Part shown: positions 13,801 to 29,020 of the stretch, piece after piece
How the letters are laid out: each line of letters starts with the position of its first letter
Numbering within the stretch: position 1 is the stretch's first letter
NCBI GenBank assembly: GCA_964016885.1
Contig: OZ024740.1
Location: 251,348,001 to 251,412,000 of the forward strand
DNA: 64,000 nucleotides
Direction of reading: 5' to 3'
Source of the DNA: Eledone cirrhosa
Lineage: Eukaryota
Notes under the pieces: model-generated
What the model was told of the DNA's origin: nothing
Database searches by the model: none
The model's input: the letters and a program-made list of their open reading frames with translations, nothing else
Translations under genes and position numbers: made by a program

Positions 13801-16800
13801 GGACGGCTGCAAATTATCCCCCCTTGATTTTTTTTACAAATTATCTCCCCCTGATTTTTTTTTACAAATTATCTCCCCCTCATTTTTTTTACAAATTATC
13901 TACCCCTGATTTTTTTTACAAATTATCTCCCCCTGATTTTTTTTTACAAATTATCTCCCCCTGATTTTTTTTTACAAATTATCTCCCCCTGATTTTTTTT
14001 TTACAAATTATCTCCCCCTGATTTTTTTACAAATTATCTCCCCCTGATTTTTTTTACAATCTCCGCCTGATTTTTTTAAAAATTATCTTCCCTTGGCTGG
14101 CGGGAAATTATCTCCCCTTGGACGGCTGGAAATTATCTCCCCTTGGAAGGATGGAAATTATCTCCCCTTGGACGGCTGGAAATTATCTCCCCTTGCACGG
14201 CTGGAAATTATCTCCCCTTGGCTGGAAATTATCTCCCCTTGGACGGCTAGAAATTATCTCTCTTTGGATGGCTGGAAATTATCTCCCTTTGATTTTTTTT
14301 ACAAATTATCTCCCTCTGATTTTTTTTACAAATCTCCCCCTGATTTTTTTTACAAATTATCTCCCCCTGATTTTTTTTACAAACTATCGCCCCTGATTTT
14401 TTTACAAATTATCTCCCCTTGGCTGGCTGGAAATTATCTCCCCTTGGAGGCTGGAATTTATCTCCCCTTGGACGGCTAGAAATTACCTCTCCTTGGACGG
14501 CTGGAAAATATGTCTCCTTGGACGGCTGGAAATTATCTCCCCTTGGACGGCTGGAAATTACCTCTCCTTGGACGGCTGAAAATTATCTCCCCTTGGACGG
14601 CTGGAAATTATCTCCCCTTGATTTTTTTACAAATTATCTCCCCCTGATTTTTTTTTACAAATTATCTCCCCCTGATTTTTTTTACAAATTATCTACGCCT
14701 GATTTTTTTAAATATTATCTCTCCTTGGCTGGCGGGAAATTATCTCCCCTTGGAAGGATGGAAATTATCTCCCCTTGACGGCTGGAAATTATCTCCCCTT
14801 GCACTGCTGGAAATTATCTCCCCTTGGACGGCTGGAAATTATCTGCCCTTGATTTTGTTTTTACAAATTATCTTCCCCTGATTATTTTTACAAATTATCT
14901 CCACCTGATTTTTTAAAAAATTATCTCCCCTTGGACGGCTGGAAATTATCTCCCCTTGGCTGGAAATTATCTCCCCTTGGACGGCTAGAAATTATCTCTC
15001 TTTGGACGGCTGGAAATTATCTCCCCTTGATTTTTTTTACAACTTATCTCCGCCTGATTTTTTTTAAAAAATCATCTCCCCTTGGACGGCTGGAAATTAT
15101 CTCCCCTTGGACGGCTGGAAATTATCTCTCCTTGGACGGCTAGAAATTACCTCTCCTTGGATAATTGAAAATTATCTCCCCTTGGACGGCTGGAAATTAT
15201 CTCCCCTTGATTTTTTTTACAAATTATCTCCCCCTGATTTTTTTTACAAATTATCTCCCCTGATTTTTTTTTACAAATTATCTCCCCCTGATTTTTTTTT
15301 ACAAATTATCTCCCCCTGATTTTTTTACAAATTATCTCCCCCTGATTTTTTTTACAATCTCCGCCTGATTTTTTTAAAAATTATCTTCCCTTGGCTGGCG
15401 GGAAATTATCTCCCCTTGGACGGCTGGAAATTATCTCCCCTTGGAAGGATGGAAATTATCTCCCCTTGGACGGCTGGAAATTATCTCCCCTTGCACGGCT
15501 GGAAATTATCTCCCCTTGGCTGGAAATTATCTCCCCTTGGACGGCTAGAAATTATCTCTCTTTGGATGGCTGGAAATTATCTCCCTTTGATTTTTTTTAC
15601 AAATTATCTCCCTCTGATTTTTTTTACAAATCTCCCCCTGATTTTTTTTTACAAATTATCTCCCCCTGATTTTTTTTACAAACTATCGCCCCTGATTTTT
15701 TTACAAATTATCTCCCCTTGGCTGGCTGGAAATTATCTCCCCTTGGAGGCTGGAATTTATCTCCCCTTGGACGGCTGGAAATTACCTCTCCTTGGACGGC
15801 TGAAAATTATCTCCCCTTGGACGGCTGGAAATTATCTCCCCTTGATTTTTTTACAAATTATCTCCCCCTGATTTTTTTTTTACAAATTATCTCCCCCTGA
15901 TTTTTTTTACAAATTATCTACGCCTGATTTTTTTAAATATTATCTCTCCTTGGCTGGCGGGAAATTATCTCCCCTTGGAAGGATGGAAATTATCTCCCCT
16001 TGGACGGCTGGAAATTATCTCCCCTTGCACTGCTGGAAATTATCTCCCCTTGGACGGCTGGAAATTATCTGCCCTTGATTTTGTTTTTACAAATTATCTT
16101 CCCCTGATTATTTTTACAAATTATCTCCACCTGATTTTTTAAAAAATTATCTCCCCTTGGACGGCTGGAAATTATCTCCCCTTGGCTGGAAATTATCTCC
16201 CCTTGGACGGCTAGAAATTATCTCTCTTTGGACGGCTGGAAATTATCTCCCCTTGATTTTTTTTACAAATTATCTCCCCCTGATTTTTTTTACAAATTAT
16301 CTCCCCATGATTTTTAAAAAAAAAATTATCTCCCCTTCGCTGGCTGGAAATTATCTCCCCTTGGACGCTGGAAATTATAGCCCCTTGGAGGGCTGGAAAT
16401 TATCTTCCCTTGGACGGCTGGAAATTATCTCCCCTTGATTTTTTTTACAAATTATCTCCCCCTGATTTTTTTTTACAAATTATCTCCCCCTGATTTTTTT
16501 TTTACAAATTATCTCCGCCTGATTTTTTTAAAAAAATTATCTCCCCTTGGACGGCTGGAAATTATCTCCCCTTGGACGGCTGGAAATTATCTCCCCTTGG
16601 ACGGCTAGAAATTACCTCTCCTTGGACGGCTGAAAATTATCTCCCCTTGGACGGCTGCAAATTATCTCCCCTTGATTTTTTTTACAAATTATCCCCCCAT
16701 GATTTTTAAAAAAAAAATTATCTCCCCTTCGCTGGCTGGAAATTATCTCCCCTTGGACGCTGGAAATTATAGCCCCTTGGAGGGCTGGAAATTATCTTCC

Positions 16801-19800
16801 CTTGGACGGCTGGAAATTATCTCCCCTTGATTTTTTTTACAAATTATCTCCCCCTGATTTTTTTTTACAAATTATCTCCCACTGATTTTTTTTTACAAAT
16901 TATCTCCCCCTGATTTTTTTTTTACAAATTATCTCCGCCTGATTTTTTAAAAAAAATTATCTCCCCTTGGACGGCTGGAAATTATCTCCCCTTGGACGGC
17001 TGGAAATTATCTCCCCTTGGACGGCTAGAAATTACCTCTCCTTGGACGGCTGAAAATTATCTCCCCTTGGACGGCTGCAAATTATCTCCCCTTGATTTTT
17101 TTTACAAATTATCTCCCCCTGATTTTTTTTACAAATTATCTCCCCCTGATTTTTTTTACAAATTATCTCCCCCTGATTTTTTTTTACAAATTATCTCCCC
17201 CTGATTTTTTTTTACAAATTATCTCCCCCTGATTTTTTTTACAAATTATCTCCCCCTGATTTTTTTTACAAATTATCTCCCCCTGATTTTTTTTACAATC
17301 TCCGCCTGATTTTTTAAAAAATTATCTTCCCTTGGCTGGCGGGAAATTATCTCCCCTTGGACGGCTGGAAATTATCTCCCCTTGGACGGCTAGAAATTAT
17401 CTCTCTTTGGACGGCTGGAAATTATCTCCCCTTGATTTTTTTTACAAATTATCCCCGCATGATTTTTAAAAAAAAAATTATCTCCCCTTCGCTGGCTGGA
17501 AATTATCTCCCCTTGGACGCTGGAAATTATAGCCCCTTGGAGGGCTGGAAATTATCTTCCCTTGGACGGCTGGAAATTATCTCCCCTTGATTTTTTTTAC
17601 AAATTATCTCCCCCTGATTTTTTTTTACAAATTATCTCCCCCTGATTTTTTTTTACAAATTATCTCCCCCTGATTTTTTTTTTTACAAATTATCTCCGCC
17701 TGATTTTTAAAAAAAAATTATCTCCCCTTGGACGGCTGGAAATTATCTCCCCTTGGACGGCTGGAAATTATCTCCCCTTGGACGGCTGGAAATTATCTCC
17801 CCTTGGACGGCTAGAAATTACCTCTCCTTGGACGGCTGAAAATTATCTCCCCTTGGACGGCTGCAAATTATCTCCCCTTGATTTTTTTTACAAATTATCT
17901 CCCCCTGATTTTTTTTACAAATTATCTCCCCCTGATTTTTTTTACAAATTATCTCCCCCTGATTTTTTTTTACAAATTATCTCCCCCTGATTTTTTTTTA
18001 CAAATTATCTCCCCCTGATTTTTTTTACAAATTATCTCCCCCTGATTTTTTTTACAAATTATCTCCCCCTGATTTTTTTTAATAAATTATCTCCCCTTGA
18101 TTTTTTTTTACAAATTATCTCCCCCTGATTTTTTTTTTACAAATTATCTCCCCCTGATTTTTTTACAAATTATCTCCCCCTGATTTTTTTTACAAATTAT
18201 CTCCCCCTGATTTTTTTTACAAATTATCTCCCCTTGATTTTTTTTTACAAATTATCTCCCCCTGATTTTTTTTTTACAAATTATCTCCCCCTGATTTTTT
18301 TAAAAATTATCTTCCCTTGGCTTGCGGGAAATTATCTCCCCTTGGACGGCTGGAAATTATCTCCCCTTGGAAGGATGTAAATTATCTCCCCTTGGACGGC
18401 TGGAAATTATCTCCCCTTGCACGGCTGGAAATTATCTCCCCTTGATTTTTTTTACAAATTATCTCCCCCTGATTTTTTTTTACAAATTATCTCCCCCTGA
18501 TTTTTTTTACAAATTATCTCCCCCTGATTTAAAAAAAAAAAATTATCTCCCCTTCGCTGGCTGGAAATTATCTCCCCTTGGACGCTGGAAATTATAGCCC
18601 CTTGGAGGGCTGGAAATTATCTTCCCTTGGACGGCTGGAAATTATCTTCCCTTGGACGGCTGGAAATTATCTCCCCTTGATTTTTTTTACAAATTATCTC
18701 CCCCTGATTTTTTTTTACAAATTATCTCCCCCTGATTTTTTTTTACAAATTATCTCCCCTGATTTTTTTTTTACAAATTATCTCCGCTTGATTTTTTAAA
18801 AAAAATTATCTCCCCTTGGACGGCTGGAAATTATCTCCCCTTGGACGGCTGGAAATTATCTCCCCTTGGACGGCTAGAAATTATCTCTCCTTGGACGGCT
18901 GAAAATTATCTCCCCTTGGACGGCTGCAAATTATCTCCCCTTGATTTTTTTTACAAATTATCTCCCCCTGATTTTTTTTTACAAATTATCTCCCCCTCAT
19001 TTTTTTTACAAATTATCTACTCCTGATTTTTTTTACAAATTATCTCCCCCTGATTTTTTTTTACAAATTATCTCCCCCTGATTTTTTTTTACAAATTATC
19101 TCCCCCTGATTTTTTTTTTACAAATTATCTCCCCCTGATTTTTTTACAAATTATCTCCCCCTGATTTTTTTTACAATCTCCGCCTGATTTTTTTAAAAAT
19201 TATCTTCCCTTGGCTGGCGGGAAATTATCTCCCCTTGGACGGCTGGAAATTATCTCCCCTTGGAAGGATGGAAATTATCTCCCCTTGGACGGCTGGAAAT
19301 TATCTCCCCTTGCACGGCTGGAAATTATCTCCCCTTGGCTGGAAATTATCTCCCCTTGGACGGCTAGAAATTATCTCTCTTTGGATGGCTGGAAATTATC
19401 TCCCTTTGATTTTTTTTACAAATTATCTCCCTCTGATTTTTTTTACAAATCTCCCCCTGATTTTTTTTTACAAATCATCTCCCCCTGATTTTTTTTACAA
19501 ACTATCGCCCCTGATTTTTTTACAAATTATCTCCCCTTGGCTGGCTGGAAATTATCTCCCCTTGGAGGCTGGAATTTATCTCCCCTTGGACGGCTAGAAA
19601 TTACCTCTCCTTGGACGGCTGGAAAATATGTCTCCTTGGACGGCTGGAAATTATCTCCCCTTGGACGGCTGGAAATTACCTCTCCTTGGACGGCTGAAAA
19701 TTATCTCCCCTTGGACGGCTGGAAATTATCTCCCCTTGATTTTTTTACAAATTATCTCCCCCTGATTTTTTTTTTACAAATTATCTCCCCCTGATTTTTT

Positions 19801-22800
19801 TTACAAATTATCTACGCCTGATTTTTTTAAATATTATCTCTCCTTGGCTGGCGGGAAATTATCTCCCCTTGGAAGGATGGAAATTATCTCCCCTTGGACG
19901 GCTGGAAATTATCTCCCCTTGCACTGCTGGAAATTATCTCCCCTTGGACGGCTGGAAATTATCTGCCCTTGATTTTGTTTTTACAAATTATCTTCCCCTG
20001 ATTATTTTTACAAATTATCTCCACCTGATTTTTTAAAAAATTATCTCCCCTTGGACGGCTGGAAATTATCTCCCCTTGGCTGGAAATTATCTCCCCTTGG
20101 ACGGCTAGAAATTATCTCTCTTTGGACGGCTGGAAATTATCTCCCCTTGATTTTTTTTACAAATTATCTCCCCCTGATTTTTTTTACAAATTATCCCCCC
20201 ATGATTTTTTAAAAAAAAATTATCTCCCCTTCGCTGGCTGGAAATTATCTCCCCTTGGACGCTGGAAATTATAGCCCCTTGGAGGGCTGGAAATTATCTT
20301 CCCTTGGACGGCTGGAAATTATCTCCCCTTGATTTTTTTTACAAATTATCTCCCCCTGATTTTTTTTTACAAATTATCTCCCCCTAATTTTTTTAAAAAA
20401 ATTATCTCCCCTTGGACGGCTGGAAATTATCTCCCCTTGGACGGCTGGAAATTATCTCCCCTTGGACGGCTAGAAATTACCTCTCCTTGGACGGCTGAAA
20501 ATTATCTCCCCTTGGACGGCTGCAAATTATCTCCCCTTGATTTTTTTTACAAATTATCCCCCCATGATTTTTAAAAAAAAAATTATCTCCCCTTCGCTGG
20601 CTGGAAATTATCTCCCCTTGGACGCTGGAAATTATAGCCCCTTGGAGGGCTGGAAATTATCTTCCCTTCGACGGCTGGAAATTATCTCCCCTTGATTTTT
20701 TTTACAAATTATCTCCCCCTGATTTTTTTTTACAAATTATCTCCCACTGATTTTTTTTTACAAATTATCTCCCCCTGATTTTTTTTTTACAAATTATCTC
20801 CGCCTGATTTTTTAAAAAAAATTATCTCCCCTTGGACGGCTGGAAATTATCTCCCCTTGGACGGCTGGAAATTATCTCCCCTTGGACGGCTAGAAATTAC
20901 CTCTCCTTGGACGGCTGAAAATTATCTCCCCTTGGACGGCTGCAAATTATCTCCCCTTGATTTTTTTTACAAATTATCTCCCCCTGATTTTTTTTACAAA
21001 TTATCTCCCCCTGATTTTTTTTACAAATTATCTCCCCCTGATTTTTTTTTACAAATTATCTCCCCCTGATTTTTTTTTACAAATTATCTCCCCCTGATTT
21101 TTTTTACAAATTATCTCCCCCTGATTTTTTTTACAATCTCCGCCTGATTTTTTAAAAAATTATCTTCCCTTGGCTGGCGGGAAATTATCTCCCCTTGGAC
21201 GGCTGGAAATTATCTCCCCTTGGACGGCTAGAAATTATCTCTCTTTGGACGGCTGGAAATTATCTCCCCTTGATTTTTTTTACAAATTATCTCCCCCTGA
21301 TTTTTTTTACAAATTATCCCCGCATGATTTTTAAAAAAAAAATTATCTCCCCTTCGCTGGCTGGAAATTATCTCCCCTTGGACGCTGGAAATTATAGCCC
21401 CTTGGAGGGCTGGAAATTATCTTCCCTTGGACGGCTGGAAATTATCTCCCCTTGATTTTTTTTACAAATTATCTCCCCCTGATTTTTTTTTACAAATTAT
21501 CTCCCCCTGATTTTTTTTTACAAATTATCTCCCCCTGATTTTTTTTTTTACAAATTATCTCCGCCTGATTTAAAAAAAAAAATTATCTCCCCTTGGACGG
21601 CTGGAAATTATCTCCCCTTGGACGGCTGGAAATTATCTCCCCTTGGACGGCTAGAAATTACCTCTCCTTGGACGGCTGAAAATTATCTCCCATTGGACGG
21701 CTGCAAATTATCTCCCCTTGATTTTTTTTACAAATTATCTCCCCCTGATTTTTTTTACAAATTATCTCCCCCTGATTTTTTTTACAAATTATCTCCCCCT
21801 GATTTTTTTTTACAAATTATCTCCCCCTGATTTTTTTTTACAAATTATCTCCCCCTGATTTTTTTTACAAATTATCTCCGCCTGATTTTTTTAAATATTA
21901 TCTCTCCTTGGCTGGCGGGAAATTATCTCCCCTTGGAAGGATGGAAATTATCTCCCCTTGGACGGCTGGAAATTATCTCCCCTTGCACTGCTGGAAATTA
22001 TCTCCCCTTGGACGGCTGGAAATTATCTGCCCTTGATTTTGTTTTTACAAATTATCTTCCCCTGATTATTTTTACAAATTATCTCCACCTGATTTTTTAA
22101 AAAATTATCTCCCCTTGGACGGCTGGAAATTATCTCCCCTTGGCTGGAAATTATCTCCCCTTGGACGGCTAGAAATTATCTCTCTTTGGACGGCTGGAAA
22201 TTATCTCCCCTTGATTTTTTTTACAAATTATCTCCCCCTGATTTTTTTTACAAATTATCCCCCCATGATTTAAAAAAAAAAAATTATCTCCCCTTCGCTG
22301 GCTGGAAATTATCTCCCCTTGGACGCTGGAAATTATAGCCCCTTGGAGGGCTGGAAATTATCTTCCCTTGGACGGCTGGAAATTATCTCCCCTTGATTTT
22401 TTTTACAAATTATCTCCCCCTGATTTTTTTTTACAAATTATCTCCCCCTGATTTTTTTTTTACAAATTATCTCCGCCTGATTTTTTTAAAAAAATTATCT
22501 CCCCTTGGACGGCTGGAAATTATCTCCCCTTGGACGGCTGGAAATTATCTCCCGTTGGACGGCTAGAAATTACCTCTCCTTGGACGGCTGAAAATTATCT
22601 CCCCTTGGACGGCTGCAAATTATCTCCCCTTGATTTTTTTTACAAATTATCCCCCCATGATTTTTAAAAAAAAAATTATCTCCCCTTCGCTGGCTGGAAA
22701 TTATCTCCCCTTGGACGCTGGAAATTATAGCCCCTTGGAGGGCTGGAAATTATCTTCCCTTGGACGGCTGGAAATTATCTCCCCTTGATTTTTTTTACAA

Positions 22801-23313
22801 ATTATCTCCCTCTGATTTTTTTTTACAAATTATCTCCCACTGATTTTTTTTTACAAATTATCTCCCCCTGATTTTTTTTTTACAAATTATCTCCGCGTGA
22901 TTTTTTTTAAAAAATTATCTCCCCTTGGACGGCTGGAAATTATCTCCCCTTGGACGGCTGGAAATTATCTCGCCTTGGACGGCTAGAAATTACCTCTCCT
23001 TGGACGGCTGAAAATTATCTCCCCTTGGACGGCTGCAAATTATCTCCTCTTGATTTTTTTTACAAATTATCTCCCCCTGATTTTTTTTACAAATTATCTC
23101 CCCCTGATTTTTTTTACAAATTATCTCCCCCTGATTTTTTTTTACAAATTATCTCCCCCTGATTTTTTTTCCAAATTATCTCCCCCTGATTTTTTTTACA
23201 AATTATCTCCCCCTGATTTTTTTTACAAATTATCTCCCCCTGATTTTTTTTACAATCTCCGCCTGATTTTTTAAAAAATTATCTTCCCTTGGCTGGCGGG
23301 AAATTATCTCCCC

Positions 23314-26300
23314 TTGGACGGCTGGAAATTATCTCCCCTTGGACGGCTAGAAATTATCTCTCTTTGGACGGCTGGAAATTATCTCCCCTTGATTTTTTTT
23401 ACAAATTATCTCCCCCTGATTTTTTTTACAAATTATCCCCGCATGATTTTTAAAAAAAAAATTATCTCCCCTTCGCTGGCTGGAAATTATCTCCCCTTGG
23501 ACGCTGGAAATTATAGCCCCTTGGAGGGCTGGAAATTATCTTCCCTTGGACGGCTGGAAATTATCTCCCCTTAATTTTTTTTACAAATTATCTCCCCCTG
23601 ATTTTTTTTTACAAATTATCTCCCCCTGATTTTTTTTTACAAATTATCTCCCCCTGATTTTTTTTTTTACAAATTATCTCCGCCTGATTTTTAAAAAAAA
23701 ATTATCTCCCCTTGGACGGCTGGAAATTATCTCCCCTTGGACGGCTGGAAATTATCTCCCCTTGGACGGCTAGAAATTACCTCTCCTTGGACGGCTGAAA
23801 ATTATCTCCCCTTGGACGGCTGCAAATTATCTCCCCTTGATTTTTTTTACAAATTATCTCCCCCTGATTTTTTTTACAAATTATCTCCCCCTGATTTTTT
23901 TTACAAATTATCTCCCCCTGATTTTTTTTTACAAATTATCTCCCCCTGATTTTTTTTTACAAATTATCTCCCCCTGATTTTTTTTACAAATTATCTCCCC
24001 CTGATTTTTTTTACAAATTATCTCCCCCTGATTTTTTTTTACAAATTATCTCCCCTTGATTTTTTTTTACAAATTATCTGCCCCTGATTTTTTTTTTACA
24101 AATTATCTCCCCCTGATTTTTTTACAAATTATCTCCCCCTGATTTTTTTTACAAATTATCTCCCGCTGATTTTTTTTACAAATTATCTCCCCTTGATTTT
24201 TTTTTACAAATTATCTCCCCTTGATTTTTTTTTACAAATTATCTCCCCCTGATTTTTTTTTTACAAATTATCTCCCGCTGATTTTTTTAAAAATTATCTT
24301 CCCTTGGCTGGCGGGAAATTATCTCCCCTTGGACGGCTGGAAATTATCTCCCCTTGGAAGGATGTAAATTATCTCCCCTTGGACGGCTGGAAATTATCTC
24401 CCCTTGCACGGCTGGAAATTATCTCCCCTTGATTTTTTTTACAAATTATCTCCCCCTGATTTTTTTTTACAAATTATCTCCCCCTGATTTTTTTTTACAA
24501 ATTATCTCCCCCTGATTTTTTTTACAAATTATCTCCCCCTGATTTTTAAAAAAAAAATTATCTCCCCTTCGCTGGCTGGAAATTATCTCCCCTTGGACGC
24601 TGGAAATTATAGCCCCTTGGAGGGCTGGAAATTATCTTCCCTTGGACGGCTGGAAATTATCTTCCCTTGGACGGCTGGAAATTATCTCCCCTTGATTTTT
24701 TTTACAAATTATCTCCCCCTGATTTTTTTTTACAAATTATCTCCCCCTGATTTTTTTTACAAATTATCTACCCCTGATTTTTTTTACAAATTATCTCCCC
24801 CTGATTTTTTTTTACAAATTATCTCCCTCTGATTTTTTTTTACAAATTATCTCCCCCTGATTTTTTTTTTACAAATTATCTCCCCCTGATTTTTTTACAA
24901 ATTATCTCCCCCTGATTTTTTTTACAATCTCCGCCTGATTTTTTAAAAAATTATCTTCCCTTGGCTGGCGGGAAATTATCTCCCCTTGGACGGCTGGAAA
25001 TTATCTCCCCTTGGACGGCTAGAAATTATCTCTCTTTGGACGGCTGGAAATTATCTCCCCTTGATTTTTTTTACAAATTATCTCCCCCTGATTTTTTTTA
25101 CAAATTATCCCCGCATGATTTTAAAAAAAAAAATTATCTCCCCTTCGCTGGCTGGAAATTATCTCCCCTTGGACGCTGGAAATTATAGCCCCTTGGAGGG
25201 CTGGAAATTATCTTCCCTTGGACGGCTGGAAATTATCTCCCCTTGATTTTTTTTACAAATTATCTCCCCCTGATTTTTTTTTACAAATTATCTCCCCCTG
25301 ATTTTTTTTTACAAATTATCTCCCCCTGATTTTTTTTTTTACAAATTATCTCCGCCTGATTTTTAAAAAAAAATTATCTCCCCTTGGACGGGTGGAAATT
25401 ATCTCCCCTTGGACGGCTGGAAATTATCTCCCCTTGGACGGCTAGAAATTACCTCTCCTTGGACGGCTGAAAATTATCTCCCCTTGGACGGCTGCAAATT
25501 ATCTCCCCTTGATTTTTTTTACAAATTATCTCCCCCTGATTTTTTTTACAAATTATCTCCCCCTGATTTTTTTTACAAATTATCTCCCCCTGATTTTTTT
25601 TTACAAATTATCTCCCCCTGATTTTTTTTTACAAATTATCTCCCCCTGATTTTTTTTACAAATTATCTCCCCCTGATTTTTTTTACAAATTATCTCCCCC
25701 TGATTTTTTTTTACAAATTATCTCCCCTTGATTTTTTTTTACAAATTATCTCCCCCTGATTTTTTTTTTACAAATTATCTCCCCCTGATTTTTTTACAAA
25801 TTATCTCCCCCTGATTTTTTTTACAAATTATCTCCCCTTGATTTTTTTTTACAAATTATCTCCCCTTGATTTTTTTTTACAAATTATCTCCCCCTGATTT
25901 TTTTTTTACAAATTATCTCCCCCTGATTTTTTTAAAAATTATCTTCCCTTGGCTGGCGGGAAATTATCTCCCCTTGGACGGCTGGAAATTATCTCCCCTT
26001 GGAAGGATGTAAATTATCTCCCCTTGGACGGCTGGAAATTATCTCCCCTTGCACGGCTGGAAATTATCTCCCCTTGATTTTTTTTACAAATTATCTCCCC
26101 CTGATTTTTTTTTACAAATTATCTCCCCCTGATTTTTTTTTACAAATTATCTCCCCCTGATTTTTTTTACAAATTATCTCCCCCTGATTTAAAAAAAAAA
26201 AATTATCTCCCCTTCGCTGGCTGGAAATTATCTCCCCTTGGACGCTGGAAATTATAGCCCCTTGGAGGGCTGGAAATTATCTTCCCTTGGACGGCTGGAA

Positions 26301-27900
26301 ATTATCTTCCCTTGGACGGCTGGAAATTATCTCCCCTTGATTTTTTTTACAAATTATCTCCCCCTGATTTTTTTTTACAAATTATCTCCCCCTGATTTTT
26401 TTTACAAATTATCTACCCCTGATTTTTTTTACAAATTATCTCCCCCTGATTTTTTTTTACAAATTATCTCCCTCTGATTTTTTTTTACAAATTATCTCCC
26501 CCTGATTTTTTTTTTACAAATTATCTCCCCCTGATTTTTTTCCAAATTATCTCCCCCTGATTTTTTTTACAATCTCCGCCTGATTTTTTAAAAAATTATC
26601 TCCCCTTCGCTGGCTGGAAATTATCTCCCCTTGGACGCTGGAAATTATAGCCCCTTGGAGGGCTGGAAATTATCTTCCCTTGGACGGCTGGAAATTATCT
26701 CCCCTTGATTTTTTTTACAAATTATCTCCCCCTGATTTTTTTTTACAAATTATCTCCCCCTGATTTTTTTTTACAAATTATCTCCCCCTGATTTTTTTTT
26801 TTACAAATTATCTCCGCCTGATTTTTAAAAAAAAATTATCTCCCCTTGGACGGCTGGAAATTATCTCCCCTTGGACGGCTGGAAATTATCTCCCCTTGGA
26901 CGGCTAGAAATTACCTCTCCTTGGACGGCTGAAAATTATCTCCCCTTGGACGGCTGCAAATTATCTCCCCTTGATTTTTTTTACAAATTATCTCCCCCTG
27001 ATTTTTTTTACAAATTATCTCCCCCTGATTTTTTTTACAAATTATCTCCCCCTGATTTTTTTTTACAAATTATCTCCCCCTGATTTTTTTTTACAAATTA
27101 TCTCCCCCTGATTTTTTTTACAAATTATCTCCCCCTGATTTTTTTTACAAATTATCTCCCCCTGATTTTTTTTTACAAATTATCTCCCCTTGATTTTTTT
27201 TTACAAATTATCTCCCCCTGATTTTTTTTTTACAAATTATCTCCCCCTGATTTTTTTACAAATTATCTCCCCCTGATTTTTTTTACAAATTATCTCCCCC
27301 TGATTTTTTTTACAAATTATCTCCCCTTGATTTTTTTTTACAAATTATCTCCCCCTGATTTTTTTTTTACAAATTATCTCCCCCTGATTTTTTTAAAAAT
27401 TATCTTCCCTTGGCTGGCGGGAAATTATCTCCCCTTGGACGGCTGGAAATTATCTCCCCTTGGAAGGATGTAAATTATCTCCCCTTGGACGGCTGGAAAT
27501 TATCTCCCCTTGCACGGCTGGAAATTATCTCCCCTTGATTTTTTTTACAAATTATCTCCCCCTGATTTTTTTTTACAAATTATCTCCCCCTGATTTTTTT
27601 TTACAAATTATCTCCCCCTGATTTTTTTTACAAATTATCTCCCCCTGATTTAAAAAAAAAAAATTATCTCCCCTTCGCTGGCTGGAAATTATCTCCCCTT
27701 GGACGCTGGAAATTATAGCCCCTTGGAGGGCTGGAAATTATCTTCCCTTGGACGGCTGGAAATTATCTTCCCTTGGACGGCTGGAAATTATCTCCCCTTG
27801 ATTTTTTTTACAAATTATCTCCCCCTGATTTTTTTTTACAAATTATCTCCCCCTGATTTTTTTTTACAAATTATCTCCCCCTGATTTTTTTTTTACAAAT
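23314..27900 (+). repeat. Sub-HOR with ~1.46-1.67-kb period, about 3 copies
   Basis: ORF offsets are 23314/24986 (1672), 24593/26238 (1645) and 25409/26871 (1462, shortened by an internal deletion). Confidence 0.8.
26961..27400 (+). repeat. Representative long run of 16 type-B monomers (AAATTATCTCCCCCTGA-Tn-AC)
   Basis: Read directly. T-run lengths are 8,8,8,9,9,8,8,9,9,10,7,8,8,9,10,7. Confidence 0.95.
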
Positions 27901-29020
27901 TATCTCCGCTTGATTTTTTAAAAAAAATTATCTCCCCTTGGACGGCTGGAAATTATCTCCCCTTGGACGGCTAGAAATTATCTCTCCTTGGACGGCTGAA
28001 AATTATCTCCCCTTGGACGGCTGCAAATTATCTCCCCTTGATTTTTTTTACAAATTATCTCCCCCTGATTTTTTTTTACAAATTATCTCCCCCTGATTTT
28101 TTTTTACAAATTATCTCCCCTTGATTTTTTTTTACAAATTATCTCCCCCTGATTTTTTTTTTACAAATTATCTCCCCCTGATTTTTTTACAAATTATCTC
28201 CCCCTGATTTTTTTTACAAATTATCTCCCCCTGATTTTTTTTACAAATTATCTCCCCTTGATTTTTTTTTACAAATTATCTCCCCCTGATTTTTTTTTTA
28301 CAAATTATCTCCCCCTGATTTTTTTACAAATTATCTTCCCTTGGCTGGCGGGAAATTATCTCCCCTTGGACGGCTGGAAATTATCTCCCCTTGGAAGGAT
28401 GTAAATTATCTCCCCTTGGACGGCTGGAAATTATCTCCCCTTGCACGGCTGGAAATTATCTCCCCTTGATTTTTTTTACAAATTATCTCCCCCTGATTTT
28501 TTTTTACAAATTATCTCCCCCTGATTTTTTTTTACAAATTATCTCCCCCTGATTTTTTTTACAAATTATCTCCCCCTGATTTTTAAAAAAAAAATTATCT
28601 CCCCTTCGCTGGCTGGAAATTATCTCCCCTTGGACGCTGGAAATTATAGCCCCTTGGAGGGCTGGAAATTATCTTCCCTTGGACGGCTGGAAATTATCTT
28701 CCCTTGGACGGCTGGAAATTATCTCCCCTTGATTTTTTTTACAAATTATCTCCCCCTGATTTTTTTTTACAAATTATCTCCCCCTGATTTTTTTTTACAA
28801 ATTATCTCCCCCTGATTTTTTTTTTACAAATTATCTCCGCTTGATTTTTAAAAAAAAATTATCTCCCCTTGGACGGCTGGAAATTATCTCCCCTTGGACG
28901 GCTGGAAATTATCTCCCCTTGGACGGCTAGAAATTATCTCTCCTTGGACGGCTGAAAATTATCTCCCCTTGGACGGCTGCAAATTATCTCCCCTTTATTT
29001 TTTTTACAAATTATCTCCCC
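27150..29020 (+). repeat. ~931-bp tandem duplication (also present in the sister copy at ~36500-38370)
   Basis: Identical ORFs at 27699/28630. The GGAAGGATGTAAA module occurs at ~27462 and ~28393. Confidence 0.8.

Larger units (their letters stand above)
1..20150 (+). repeat. Higher-order repeat domain with ~5.12-kb period, ~3.9 near-identical copies
   Basis: Matching ORF-track entries at 50/5146/10269/15391 (offsets 5096, 5123, 5122) and 3847/8970/14093/19210 (5123, 5123, 5117). The rare variant GGATAATTG occurs at 4914/10037/15159. Confidence 0.93.
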
